Positions 25,960 through 37,426 of a DNA stretch of 64,000 nt are shown here, one piece after another. The position numbers and the translations under genes were made by a program. Origin of the DNA: Myxococcota bacterium. GTDB lineage: Bacteria; Myxococcota_A; UBA796; UBA2385. The stretch is from contig JBIJDH010000013.1 of NCBI GenBank assembly GCA_044344255.1, forward strand, positions 158,422 to 222,421, given 5' to 3'. The notes under the pieces are model-generated. The model saw nothing but the letters and a program-made list of their open reading frames with translations. It was not told the origin of the DNA and ran no database searches. How positions within the stretch are numbered: the stretch's first letter is position 1; each line of letters opens with the position of its first letter.

Positions 25960-28900
25960 AGGCGTGCCTGCAGACGCTCCTTGAGGGTCGCCATCATCTG
26001 GGCCACCGCGGGCGTCTCCACCGTGCCGAGGCTGTCGGCCAGCGTCGGGTCAGCCGCCAGGGCGGCGCGGAAGGCGCGGGCCCCCGAGACCTCGTCATTG
26101 CAGGCCTTCCAGGCGATGGCCTTCACGAGGTGCAGCCCTGCGAGGTAACCGCGGTCACCCACCGCGAGCGCGAGCCCCCGATCGACGAGCGTGGCCGCCT
26201 CCGGCCAGTCCGCCTTGCGCAGGTGAAGCTCGGCGAGGCGCAGCAAGGCCACCGGCTGGGCGGGATCGAAGGCGAGGCTCTTCTCGTAGTGCTGGGCCGC
26301 CTTGTCGGCGAGGTTCATCTTCGCGTCCAGCACGTAGCCCTTGGTGAGGTAGGCATCGACGACCTCGGTGGGCTCCTGCGCGTGGTAGATGATGTTGTTG
26401 TACACGTTGAGCAGGTTGTTCCAGTCATTTCGTGCGAACATCACCGCAGCCACGCCCTGGAGGGCCCGGACGTCGTTCTGACGCAGCTCCAGCGCCTTGG
26501 TGAAGCGCTGGCGGGCCTTGTCGAGGTTGCCGAGGTTGAGCTCCACCGTGCCGAGGTTGGTGTAGGTTCGCGCGAGGCGCTCGGAGTCCCCCTGTCCGCC
26601 GGTGAGCTGGAGCATTTGCCGGAAGACCTGCGCCGCGCGGTCCCACTGCTCGGTGGCCATGTAGAGCGGGCCCACCGCCTCCAAGGAGGGCAGGTGGTTC
26701 GGGTTCAGCTCGAGGGCCTGCCCGAAGCGCTGCACGGCGTCCTCCTTCCGACCGAGCTGGACCAGCACCTCGGCGAAGCGGAAGTAGTAGAGCGCCACTT
26801 CGATCTTGACGTCGAAGTCGTCGAGGTCGCGAGCTTTCTCGGAGGGCTCCATCCGCGCGAAGATGTCGGCCGCCCCCGCGAGGTCGCCCGCCTGGAACAG
26901 GAAGTCGCCCCGGAAGCGGAGGGCTTCGCCATTGTCGGGGTCGAGCTCGAGCACGGAGGCGAACAGCGCCGCCGCGCCGTCTCGATCGTGGAGGGTCTCC
27001 ATCCGGACCTGCGCGGCCCGGAGGAGCAGGGCCACGGCGGCCTCGCCCTCCGAGGCGTCGGCCTGCCGGATCAGAGCCTCCACCACTTGATCCCACGCCC
27101 CGCGGGCAGCGTGGATGCGCTCGAGGAGCTGTGCGGCGTACAGATCTGGGCGCCGGTGACGGATGGCGGCGTCGAGGAAGCGCAAGGCCTCTTCTTCCCG
27201 GTTCAGCTCATTCAGGTAGACCGCGCCGAGCTCAGACTCGAGTGACCGCCGCTCATCGAGTGGCAGCAGCGGCAACAGCCGGACCGCATGCTCCGCGAAG
27301 ACGTCCCAGTCCGCGTGGCTGCGTCCCAGCACGACGAGTCGGCGGAGCGCGGTCGGATCGTCGGCGACGAGATCGAGCACCTTCCGCCAAGCGTCGGTCG
27401 CGACCGCGGGGTCCTGGAGGTTCTCCTCCCAGATCCGAGCGATCTCCCGGTACCGGACCACCTGCTCGGAGTGGGCGACCACCGCGGCTTCGCGGGTGAG
27501 CACGCCGACGAGGGCCTGCCAGTCGTTGGCCGCAGAGGCCAGCGTGCGGAGACCGGCGAGGGCCTCCATGTCTTCGGGGAGGAGATCGAGGGCGCGGAGA
27601 TAGGCCTGACGGGCCGCCTCCGCGTCTCCCACTCGCTCCCACGCCTCTGCCACCCGCCGCTGGAAGCGGGCGCGATCGACCGGGCTGGCCACGGCGGCGC
27701 TGAGCCCGTCCAGGTACTGGATGGCGAGCTGGGTGTCGCCGCGGGCCGCGGCGATGCGGGACAGGGCCTCGAGCACCTCGACGTCCTTCGGGTTCTCGTC
27801 ATGGAGCTGACGATAGAAGTCCCAGGCCTCATCGGTCTCGGCCAGCTTCTCGGCCAACACCCAGCGGCGCTTGGCCTCGATCTTCTTTCGCTCTTCGGCG
27901 TGATGGGTGAGCTGGAGGCGCTCACCGAGGAGGGTGAACACGCCGTGCCAGTCGTTGAGCTCGACGAGGTTCGCCTCCAAACGGCTCACCAAGACGAGCC
28001 GGCTGGCCTCGTCGGTCTCCGTCTCCAGGCAGCCGCGGTAGACCTCGGCCGCCCGCGCGGCGAGGCCCGCCTCTTCGTACGAAGAGGCCACCAGCAGCGG
28101 ATCGAGACCGGTCACGCTGCCGAAGAGGAGGGCCAGCTTCTCAGCCGACGGCTCTTGCATGGCGAGGCGTCGGAGCCCTTCGAAGGCCTTGCCGGCGCCG
28201 GGCCGCCCCGCCTGGGCGAGCTGGTAATGCAGCTCTGCCTGCTCACGGTCTTCGGCGGCCTCGAACAGGTGGCCGGCGAGCAGGGCGTGGACGACGCGGA
28301 TCGCAGCGTCGGGGACCTCGGCGGCCAACACGGCGTGGACCTCGGCGAGGCCCTCCCGGCTGCCGGAGCGCCCGAGCGCCCGCTCGAGGCCGGCGGCCGC
28401 GATGTTGTCTCGTGGGGAGGCGTCGAGGGCGGCCCGCCAGGCGGTGAGCGCCACGGCGGGGTCCTCGACGTAGGTCTCGATGAGGCGGGCGACCTCCCCC
28501 TTGAGGTCGGGGCCCTGCGCCGCTTCAAGGGCACGGCGCGCGTCCTCCCAGTAGTTGAGGCTCTCGGCCACCCGCGCGAGGGCGCCGAGCGGGCGGTTGG
28601 GGGCGTCTGCGCCCACCACCTCGGAGATGGCGTGAACGGTGGCCACGCCGTCGGCGAGATCACCCGCCAGATCCGCGACACGCGCGGCGACCCGAGCGCG
28701 GGTGGCGTCCTCCGCCTCGGCGCCGAGGCGCTGTCGGTAGACCTCGATGATCTGGTGCCGATCCCCGCGGCGGAGCAAGCGCTGCATCAGGAAGGCCTGG
28801 GCCCCCACATGTTCGGGAGCCTCGGCCAGGATCGACTCCGCCAGGGCGGTGGAGTCCAGCTCGGCCACCCGCTCGGCGGTCTCGGCGGCGGCGAGCAGAC

Positions 28901-31900
28901 GCCAATGACGGCGGGCCGGCTCCTCCGCGGCGTCGGCCTCGAGGCGATGCAGCTCCACCACCTCCGACCAGCTCCCCATGCGGATCGCCAGCTCACGGGT
29001 GAGTGCGAGGGCGGGCAGAAAGCCAGGCGAGAGCTCCAGACAGCGACGGAGCAGCGCCATCGCCTGGAAGTTGTCCCCCACCTTGTCGACCAGGATGCGG
29101 GCCGAACGGTAGGTGTAGCTCACCACCTCGTTGGCATCGCGGGAGACCTCGGCGGCCCGGCGGAGGATGCCGGCGAGGCCAGCCCAGTCGCCCTTCCCCT
29201 CGAGGATGCGCGCGAGGGCGTCAAGGCTCGGCTGGAAGTCAGCCTGATGCTCGAGCGCGCGCAGGTAAAAGTCAGCGGCGCGCTCCACGTCGTGCAAGCG
29301 CAGGTCGTAGACAGAGCCTGCGCGGTGGAGCTGAAGGGCCGTGCCGCTGGGATCCTCGGTGAGGATGGCGCGCTGCTCGTAGACCGCCGCCACCTGGGGC
29401 CAGGCGCCGAGGCGCATGTAAACACGCTCGAGACCCTCGAGGGCGGGGAGGTAGCCGGGGGCCGTGTCGAGGATCCGCTCGAACCACCCGCGCGCGCCCT
29501 CCTGGTCGGCGAGGGGGCCCTCACAGAGCTCTCCCATCCGGTAGAGGGTCGTGACGACGAGGTTCGGATCGGTGAGCGCGGGGAGCAGCTCTGCGTAGAA
29601 GGCCACAAGCTCGGCGAACCGGCCGGAGGCGCCGTAGATGCGAGAGACCGCCTCCACCGCGGGACCGACGCTCGCGTCGAGCGCGACCACCCGGCGCCAG
29701 GTCTCCAGGGCGGCGGCGGGGTCGCGCAGGACCTCCTCCTGCAGGCGGGCGAGCCGCCAGCCGACCACGACGGCGGGCGCGCCAGTGGCGTGATCCAGCT
29801 CCTGGGCGAGGGCCAACGCGAGCTCGGCGACGCGGCCATTGACCGCGAGCCAATTCTGGTGCTCGGCGCGGAGCTCTCGGGCCTCGGGGCCGGCGGCCTC
29901 GACCGCGACCGCCCACAGGGCCGCGACCTCGTCCGGGGCTTGCCCCGAGAAGGCCGCCACGCGGGCGCCGCGGGCCAGCCAGAAGGCGCCGTCTGGGCCC
30001 CCTACCCGTGCGGCCTCTTCCTGGTAGAGCTGCACGAGGCTCGCATGATCGCCGCGGGCACGGGCGAGGCGCTCCAGGGCGAGGAAGGCCGGGGCAAAGG
30101 CCGGATCGGCAGCGCGGGCCGTGAGGTAGCAGGCGTGGGCGTCGTCGGGGCGCCCGAGCTCGACCTCCAGGAGGCGGCCGCGCTCCACGAGGAGGCGAGA
30201 AGCGCGAGGACCGGAGGCCAGCTCTGCCATTCGGCCGAGCACCTGGGCCAGGGCCTCCCAGCTCCGGCTCCGGAAGTGCAGCTCACGCAGGAGGCGGAGC
30301 GCGAACCAGTCATCGGGGCTCACGCGGAGGGAGCGCTCGAGCAGCTCCACCGCAGCGCTGTCCTGCTTGAGGGTGTTTCGCTCGACGAGCGCGGCATCGT
30401 TGAGGGCCTCGGCGGCCACTACACCCTCGGTTCGATCAGCACGCCGGACGAGGAGGTCGCGCAGGCGCCGGTAATCGCCGAGGCTGGCGACAACGTCGCC
30501 GTACTCTTGAAGCACGGTGGGGAGATCGGCGCCGCCCTCGACGGCGGCGGCGAAGAGGCGCTCGGACTCCTCCCAGCGGCCGAGGCGCTCGAAGTAGACC
30601 CGCCCCGCGGCGGCCAGCAGCGCGGCGTGGCGCTCCGAGAACGAGGCAATGTCGGCCTCGTGCTCAAGGGAGATCGCAACCTCCAGCCAACGCTCTGCAC
30701 TGTCGCGAGAGGGCGTGTACCGCTCGCGAGGGGCCGGCGCCGCGCTCGACTCAGCCGGCGGCGCGACCGGCGGCGGCAAGGCGACCCCGCCGTTGGACCG
30801 CAGTCCGGGCGCGTCATCGAGGGAAGAAACCTCGGGTCGCGCCTCTTCCATCGTCGGGGCATCGAGCAGGGCCGACACAGGCGACTCACCGGTCTCGGCG
30901 GTGTCGATCCGGCCGTCCTGCCCGACGTCGAAGCCCGCCGGATCGGCGCCGTCGCGGACGTGGACCGGGCCGGCCTCGGAGTGAGGGTCTACGAAGTCAT
31001 CGGCCGTCGCGGCCTCGATGACCTCCTCACTTTGGTCCAGCGAACTGTGGTCTGGCGAACCGTGATCCAGCGAACCGTGATCCAGCGAACTGTGATCCGG
31101 CGAACTGTGGTCCAAATCACGAAGATCGTCGCGGAAGGTGGAGATGCTCGCCGGCTCGGGCAGGGGCTCGAGGGCTCCCACCAGCGAGGGGTAGCTCTCG
31201 AAGCTGGTGCTGGGGTCCAACTTGCCGATGTCCCCCTTCGGCGCCCACTGGGCGTCCACGCGAACCGCCGGAGGTTCGGGATCCAACGAGGGCGCGGGGA
31301 CCTCCTCGGTGACCGGCGGCATGCGCGTGGTGACAGGCTCGTCGGCGGCGAAGATCGGATCGTCGTCGAAGAGGCTCTCTTCGAAGATCGCCACCTCCGC
31401 CCGCCCAGCAGCCGGGCCGCCCGGCGCCCCCAAGCCCGCGGCGGATGGAGCCCCAGGCTCGGCCTCCACGGGGACCACCGGCTCACTGTCGTCCTCATCG
31501 ACCGGGATCTGTCCGATCGACAGGATGACCGTGGGGGCGCTGAAGAGCTTGGAGTCCTGGAACCGAGGCTTCGCCGCAGGGACCACCGGGATGGGCTCCA
31601 GCGCGGCGGCCGGCTGCGCGACCTTCACGGCCTCGATCTTCACCGGACGCGTGGGCTCCGGCTTGATGTAGTTTGGCCCGAAGTCGGGCACCGTAGGCGC
31701 CGAGAAGAACGAGGGCACGCCCGGGAGCGGAGCCGTGATGTCGGACCCGCTCGTGACCGGGGCCGCCGGGAGCGGCGGGCCGACGGGCGGCAAGGCGACG
31801 GGAGCAACAGCGGGCGTCGCGACCTTGACAGGCTCGACATTCTTGTCAGCCGGCTTCTGGGCCGCGGCCGCCTTCGGCTCGGGCTTGACGGGCACCTCTG

Positions 31901-32006
31901 GCTCATCCTGCCAGAAGGCGCCTTCGTCGCCCTTGGCGAAGAAGTCTTCGAATTCGTCGAACAGATCGTCCTTGGTCTCGTTCTTCGTCTCGTTCTTCTT
32001 GGCCAT
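25956..32006 (-). CDS. Giant (~2000 aa) TPR-repeat protein with acidic Pro-rich N-terminus, AgmK-like architecture
   Basis: About 450 aa low-complexity N-terminus, then many TPR-like repeats (A...Y.rAL..dP....AL..L); ATG 32006. Confidence 0.85.
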   Translation of the reverse strand: MAKKNETKNETKDDLFDEFEDFFAKGDEGAFWQDEPEVPVKPEPKAAAAQKPADKNVEPVKVATPAVAPVALPPVGPPLPAAPVTSGSDITAPLPGVPSFFSAPTVPDFGPNYIKPEPTRPVKIEAVKVAQPAAALEPIPVVPAAKPRFQDSKLFSAPTVILSIGQIPVDEDDSEPVVPVEAEPGAPSAAGLGAPGGPAAGRAEVAIFEESLFDDDPIFAADEPVTTRMPPVTEEVPAPSLDPEPPAVRVDAQWAPKGDIGKLDPSTSFESYPSLVGALEPLPEPASISTFRDDLRDLDHSSPDHSSLDHGSLDHGSPDHSSLDQSEEVIEAATADDFVDPHSEAGPVHVRDGADPAGFDVGQDGRIDTAETGESPVSALLDAPTMEEARPEVSSLDDAPGLRSNGGVALPPPVAPPAESSAAPAPRERYTPSRDSAERWLEVAISLEHEADIASFSERHAALLAAAGRVYFERLGRWEESERLFAAAVEGGADLPTVLQEYGDVVASLGDYRRLRDLLVRRADRTEGVVAAEALNDAALVERNTLKQDSAAVELLERSLRVSPDDWFALRLLRELHFRSRSWEALAQVLGRMAELASGPRASRLLVERGRLLEVELGRPDDAHACYLTARAADPAFAPAFLALERLARARGDHASLVQLYQEEAARVGGPDGAFWLARGARVAAFSGQAPDEVAALWAVAVEAAGPEARELRAEHQNWLAVNGRVAELALALAQELDHATGAPAVVVGWRLARLQEEVLRDPAAALETWRRVVALDASVGPAVEAVSRIYGASGRFAELVAFYAELLPALTDPNLVVTTLYRMGELCEGPLADQEGARGWFERILDTAPGYLPALEGLERVYMRLGAWPQVAAVYEQRAILTEDPSGTALQLHRAGSVYDLRLHDVERAADFYLRALEHQADFQPSLDALARILEGKGDWAGLAGILRRAAEVSRDANEVVSYTYRSARILVDKVGDNFQAMALLRRCLELSPGFLPALALTRELAIRMGSWSEVVELHRLEADAAEEPARRHWRLLAAAETAERVAELDSTALAESILAEAPEHVGAQAFLMQRLLRRGDRHQIIEVYRQRLGAEAEDATRARVAARVADLAGDLADGVATVHAISEVVGADAPNRPLGALARVAESLNYWEDARRALEAAQGPDLKGEVARLIETYVEDPAVALTAWRAALDASPRDNIAAAGLERALGRSGSREGLAEVHAVLAAEVPDAAIRVVHALLAGHLFEAAEDREQAELHYQLAQAGRPGAGKAFEGLRRLAMQEPSAEKLALLFGSVTGLDPLLVASSYEEAGLAARAAEVYRGCLETETDEASRLVLVSRLEANLVELNDWHGVFTLLGERLQLTHHAEERKKIEAKRRWVLAEKLAETDEAWDFYRQLHDENPKDVEVLEALSRIAAARGDTQLAIQYLDGLSAAVASPVDRARFQRRVAEAWERVGDAEAARQAYLRALDLLPEDMEALAGLRTLASAANDWQALVGVLTREAAVVAHSEQVVRYREIARIWEENLQDPAVATDAWRKVLDLVADDPTALRRLVVLGRSHADWDVFAEHAVRLLPLLPLDERRSLESELGAVYLNELNREEEALRFLDAAIRHRRPDLYAAQLLERIHAARGAWDQVVEALIRQADASEGEAAVALLLRAAQVRMETLHDRDGAAALFASVLELDPDNGEALRFRGDFLFQAGDLAGAADIFARMEPSEKARDLDDFDVKIEVALYYFRFAEVLVQLGRKEDAVQRFGQALELNPNHLPSLEAVGPLYMATEQWDRAAQVFRQMLQLTGGQGDSERLARTYTNLGTVELNLGNLDKARQRFTKALELRQNDVRALQGVAAVMFARNDWNNLLNVYNNIIYHAQEPTEVVDAYLTKGYVLDAKMNLADKAAQHYEKSLAFDPAQPVALLRLAELHLRKADWPEAATLVDRGLALAVGDRGYLAGLHLVKAIAWKACNDEVSGARAFRAALAADPTLADSLGTVETPAVAQMMATLKERLQARL
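31036..31110. repeat. 5 x 15-bp coding tandem repeat (DH[S/G]S[P/L])
   Basis: tcYRgcgaacYgtgR repeated five times. Confidence 0.9.
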
Positions 32007-32099
32007 GGTTCCCTGCTCAGTGAAGCGGCGCGGGGCAAACAGGCGCCGTATTTCGAAACGGCCACACCGCATCCCGCGGCCGGGGGCGATGTGTCATAA

Positions 32100-32130
32100 G
32101 GGCCCCGGACCCTTAGCACCTCCGGGGCCC
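32100..32130 (-). terminator. 10-bp perfect GC stem-loop after alr (terminator or processing hairpin)
   Basis: GGGCCCCGGA-N11-TCCGGGGCCC, 4 bp after the alr stop; weak U tract. Confidence 0.5.
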
Positions 32131-32134
32131 GCTC

Positions 32135-33289
32135 TCAAGCTCTGTCCGCGACGCTGGGCTCCGAGGCGAAACGCCGGGGCACGCGAGCGGAGAAGCCCGC
32201 CAACACCTCGTAGGGGATCGTGCCCGCCCAACCCGCGAGGTCCCAGGCGGTGATCCGCTCACCCCCTTGCGCGCCGAGCAGGACGACCTCGTCGCCGGCG
32301 CGCACCGGCACGGGCACGTCGGTCACGTCGATCATGCAGAGGTCCATACACACCCTCCCCCGCAGCGGCGCGCGGTGCCCATGGATGAGCACCTCGGCGC
32401 GGTTCGAGAGGGCCCGCGGATAGCCGTCGGCGTAGCCCACCGGCAGCGTGGCGATGCGGGAGGGCCGTGAGGTGGACCAGGTGCGCCCGTACGAGACGCC
32501 GACCCCGCTCGGCAGATCACGCACCAGGAGGACCCGCGTGCTGACGCTCAACACCGGCCGCACCGGGAGCGTGGGCGTCGGCCCGACCGGGCTGTATCCA
32601 TAGACGAGCAAGCCCGGGCGCACGAGGTCAAAGGCGAAGCGAGGGTGTTCGAGGATCGCCCCCGAATTTGCGAGGTGCAGCAGGGCTGGTCGCAGACCAC
32701 GAGACCGCGCCGCCTGGACCGCTCCGAGGAAGCGCCGCCCCTGCTCTCGGGTGAAGATCCGGGAGGCCTCGTCCTGGTCATCACTCTCGGCGAAGTGGGA
32801 GGCGATGCCGTCCACACGCACCCAACGCAGGGCCGCGAGTCGGTCGAGGAAGCCCTCCCAGTGCGGGAGGGGCACGCCGAGCCGCCCCATGCCCGTGTCG
32901 ACCTTGAGGTGGACGCCGTACGGCTCACGCCGGCGTGCGGCGGCGGCCTCGATGCGGAGCGCGTCGTCGAGATCAGAGATCACGGGGGTCAGACGATGGT
33001 GGATCGCCACATCCGCGCCATCGGCCCCCACGCCGCCCATCGAGAGGATGGGGCGCGTGACGCCCGCCTGTCGCAGGAGCCGCCCCTCCTCGACGAGGGC
33101 GACGCCGAACCAGTCTGCGCCCGCCGCCTCGAGGGCGAGCGCGCACTCCACGGCGCCGTGGCCGTAGGCGTCGCCCTTCACCGCGCAGAGCACGCCGGTG
33201 GGGGCGGGCACGGCGGCCCGGATGGTCGCAAAGTTGGCGGCCAGCGCGCCCAGATCGACGTGGGCGGTGGTGGGTCGAACCTGCTGCAT
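32135..33289 (-). CDS. alr: Alanine racemase
   Basis: AVKGDAYGHG, HLKVDTGMGRLG, HLANS, VRPGL, GVSYG, PVGYADG, GRVCMD, TIPYE; ATG 33289. Confidence 0.96.
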   Translation of the reverse strand: MQQVRPTTAHVDLGALAANFATIRAAVPAPTGVLCAVKGDAYGHGAVECALALEAAGADWFGVALVEEGRLLRQAGVTRPILSMGGVGADGADVAIHHRLTPVISDLDDALRIEAAAARRREPYGVHLKVDTGMGRLGVPLPHWEGFLDRLAALRWVRVDGIASHFAESDDQDEASRIFTREQGRRFLGAVQAARSRGLRPALLHLANSGAILEHPRFAFDLVRPGLLVYGYSPVGPTPTLPVRPVLSVSTRVLLVRDLPSGVGVSYGRTWSTSRPSRIATLPVGYADGYPRALSNRAEVLIHGHRAPLRGRVCMDLCMIDVTDVPVPVRAGDEVVLLGAQGGERITAWDLAGWAGTIPYEVLAGFSARVPRRFASEPSVADRA

Positions 33290-33436
33290 GAGGGCCCCTA
33301 AGCAGCCGCCGCCGCGGGCGCGAGGGCGAAGGCGAGCCCGGACGCGAGCACGGACACGAGCGCCCGGCAGCGTAAGGGAGGCGCTTGCCTCGGTCACCGT
33401 CCGGCGCTACCTCCCCCGCGATCACACCGAGACACC

Positions 33437-34360
<924 letters not shown>

Positions 34361-34372
<12 letters not shown>

Positions 34373-34390
34373 GGACTGCGGAGCTGAGGA
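34361..34390. repeat. 2 x 15-bp exact tandem duplication spanning the stop codon
   Basis: ctgcggagctgagga twice. Confidence 0.85.
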
Positions 34391-34417
34391 CCCCGGCGCG
34401 ACGGCCCCGAAGGCCGC

Positions 34418-35893
34418 TCAGAGGCGGACGCCGAAGCCCGCCTTGAACGCCAGGGTCTGCCCGGACGACTTGGCCTGCACGGGGCGCTCGTCGAGCTCGG
34501 GGCCGACGGACTCGTAAGGCGAGGGTGTCAGCACCTTCGTCCAGGGCACCTCGAGGAAGCCCACCGCGTTGCCGGGGATGTCGAAGAGCAGCCCGCCGCC
34601 CGCCGTGAAGCCGAGGCTGTTGCCACCTGGGCGGTCCTCGTAATCGACGGCGCTGGCGTCGTCGGGGATCGTGTAGCCATCGTAGATGCGCACATCGAGG
34701 GCGGTCATCGCGTAGGGCTTGACCACGCCGATCGGCAGGGCGATGAAGCGCACCCGCGGCGAGACGTTGCCCATCCAGCCGGTGACGGTGTCCCAGTCGA
34801 GCGAGAAGTCATCGACCTTGACGCCGTCTTTGTACTGCTCCCAGCCGGTGGTGAGCTGCTTGTGGCCCACCTGGAGGCCGACGTACATGCCCGTCTCGAT
34901 GAACCAGATCGGCGTGTAGCCGACCCCCACGCCGAAGGTGGAGCCGCTGCCGTTGATGAAGGAGTCCGAGAGGTAAGCACCCGTGGTCTCGAGGTCTTCG
35001 CCCGACTGCTCGATGCGCGCCCGGGAGTCATAGCGCCGGTCGACGTCGCCATAGACGAGGCCCCCTTCGATGTCGAGGCTCCATTGGCCTTGGCGGACGA
35101 GGGCCTTCTTCTTCCAGGCCTCGTACGACAAGCCGCTCGACGTGTAGCGATTCCAGGCGTAGGCCGGCAGGCCGTGGGTGTTGCGCTCCTCGGGCTGCTT
35201 CGCCGCGCCGGACTTCGCCGGCGCCTTGGCGGTCGTGCCCTTCGAGCCCGAGGACTTGTCGGTGGCGGACTTCGTGGTCGAGGACTTCGTCGCCGTGGCC
35301 TTCTTGGGAGGCGCCTCCTCCTCACCCTCGCCGAATTCGTCCTCCACCACCGGCGGCTTCTTGGCCGGCGCGGCCTTCTCGACGGCCTTACCCTCCCCCG
35401 ACTTTCCGGAGCCCTTGGTCGCCGACTTGGTGGGGGGCTTGGCGGCCACCGCGGTCGTCGGCATCAGACCGAGCAGCTCCTTGGCCAGGAAGGCGCACTG
35501 GTCGGCGAAGCCGGGCATCTCAGCCTCGGAGAAGCTGGTCGCCACCACCTGCACGGGGCTCGCGTCGTCGGCGCCGTAAAAGAGCACCTTCGCCGAGACC
35601 TTGCCCTTCTGCCAAGTCGCACTACCCACCAGGGCGAGGCGCGGCTGCGGGAAGGCCTTCCAGAGGATCTTGGTGCAGTCCGGATCATCGGCGCAGCCCT
35701 CCGCCACCTCTCCCGCCCGCTGCTGGATCTGGGCGGGGTTGACGTAGCTCACGTCGGACTGCTCCAGCGCGCGGAGGATCTCCTCGGTGAGCGCCTCGGT
35801 GATACCGAAGTCGGAGGTGGTCTGCGGGGTGACCGACGGCATCAGCACGTCGGCGGCGAGGCCGACCGAGGTAAGCAACAGCAACACCGACAT
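34418..35893 (-). CDS. Outer-membrane beta-barrel protein with N-terminal alpha/beta domain and charged linker
   Basis: Signal peptide; CADDPDC domain; K/A/S/T/E-rich linker; amphipathic strands ending FKAGFGVRL. Confidence 0.7.
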   Translation of the reverse strand: MSVLLLLTSVGLAADVLMPSVTPQTTSDFGITEALTEEILRALEQSDVSYVNPAQIQQRAGEVAEGCADDPDCTKILWKAFPQPRLALVGSATWQKGKVSAKVLFYGADDASPVQVVATSFSEAEMPGFADQCAFLAKELLGLMPTTAVAAKPPTKSATKGSGKSGEGKAVEKAAPAKKPPVVEDEFGEGEEEAPPKKATATKSSTTKSATDKSSGSKGTTAKAPAKSGAAKQPEERNTHGLPAYAWNRYTSSGLSYEAWKKKALVRQGQWSLDIEGGLVYGDVDRRYDSRARIEQSGEDLETTGAYLSDSFINGSGSTFGVGVGYTPIWFIETGMYVGLQVGHKQLTTGWEQYKDGVKVDDFSLDWDTVTGWMGNVSPRVRFIALPIGVVKPYAMTALDVRIYDGYTIPDDASAVDYEDRPGGNSLGFTAGGGLLFDIPGNAVGFLEVPWTKVLTPSPYESVGPELDERPVQAKSSGQTLAFKAGFGVRL

Positions 35894-35960
35894 CACCCAC
35901 TCCGCGTTCCGGGTAGCCGCCCCTTATATCTCAGCCGAGCCCGACCCACAGCACCCCGCC

Positions 35961-37262
<1,302 letters not shown>

Positions 37263-37329
37263 GCGCCACCCCCGCGAGAGCCCCGGACTATCTCCATTTC
37301 CCGGCGGCGCGAGCCACGGCGACCCACGC

Positions 37330-37372
37330 CGGCCCCCTCCAGGACACGACGGCCCCCTCCAGGATGCGACGG
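37330..37372. repeat. 2 x 20-bp direct repeat in divergent intergenic region
   Basis: cggccccctccaggacacga cggccccctccaggatgcga cgg. Confidence 0.8.
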
Positions 37373-37426
37373 GGATCACCGCTCGCCGGACACAGAACCC
37401 GATAAAGCGCGGGCCGGAGGTGTCTC

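Noticed and set aside
27288..32099. 1603-aa plus-strand ORF, and similar long ORFs such as 850..2367, 5367..7382, 8353..10353 and 35787..37511
   Set aside because: Antisense shadows of motif-bearing genes, expected from high-GC codon bias; they carry no recognisable motifs
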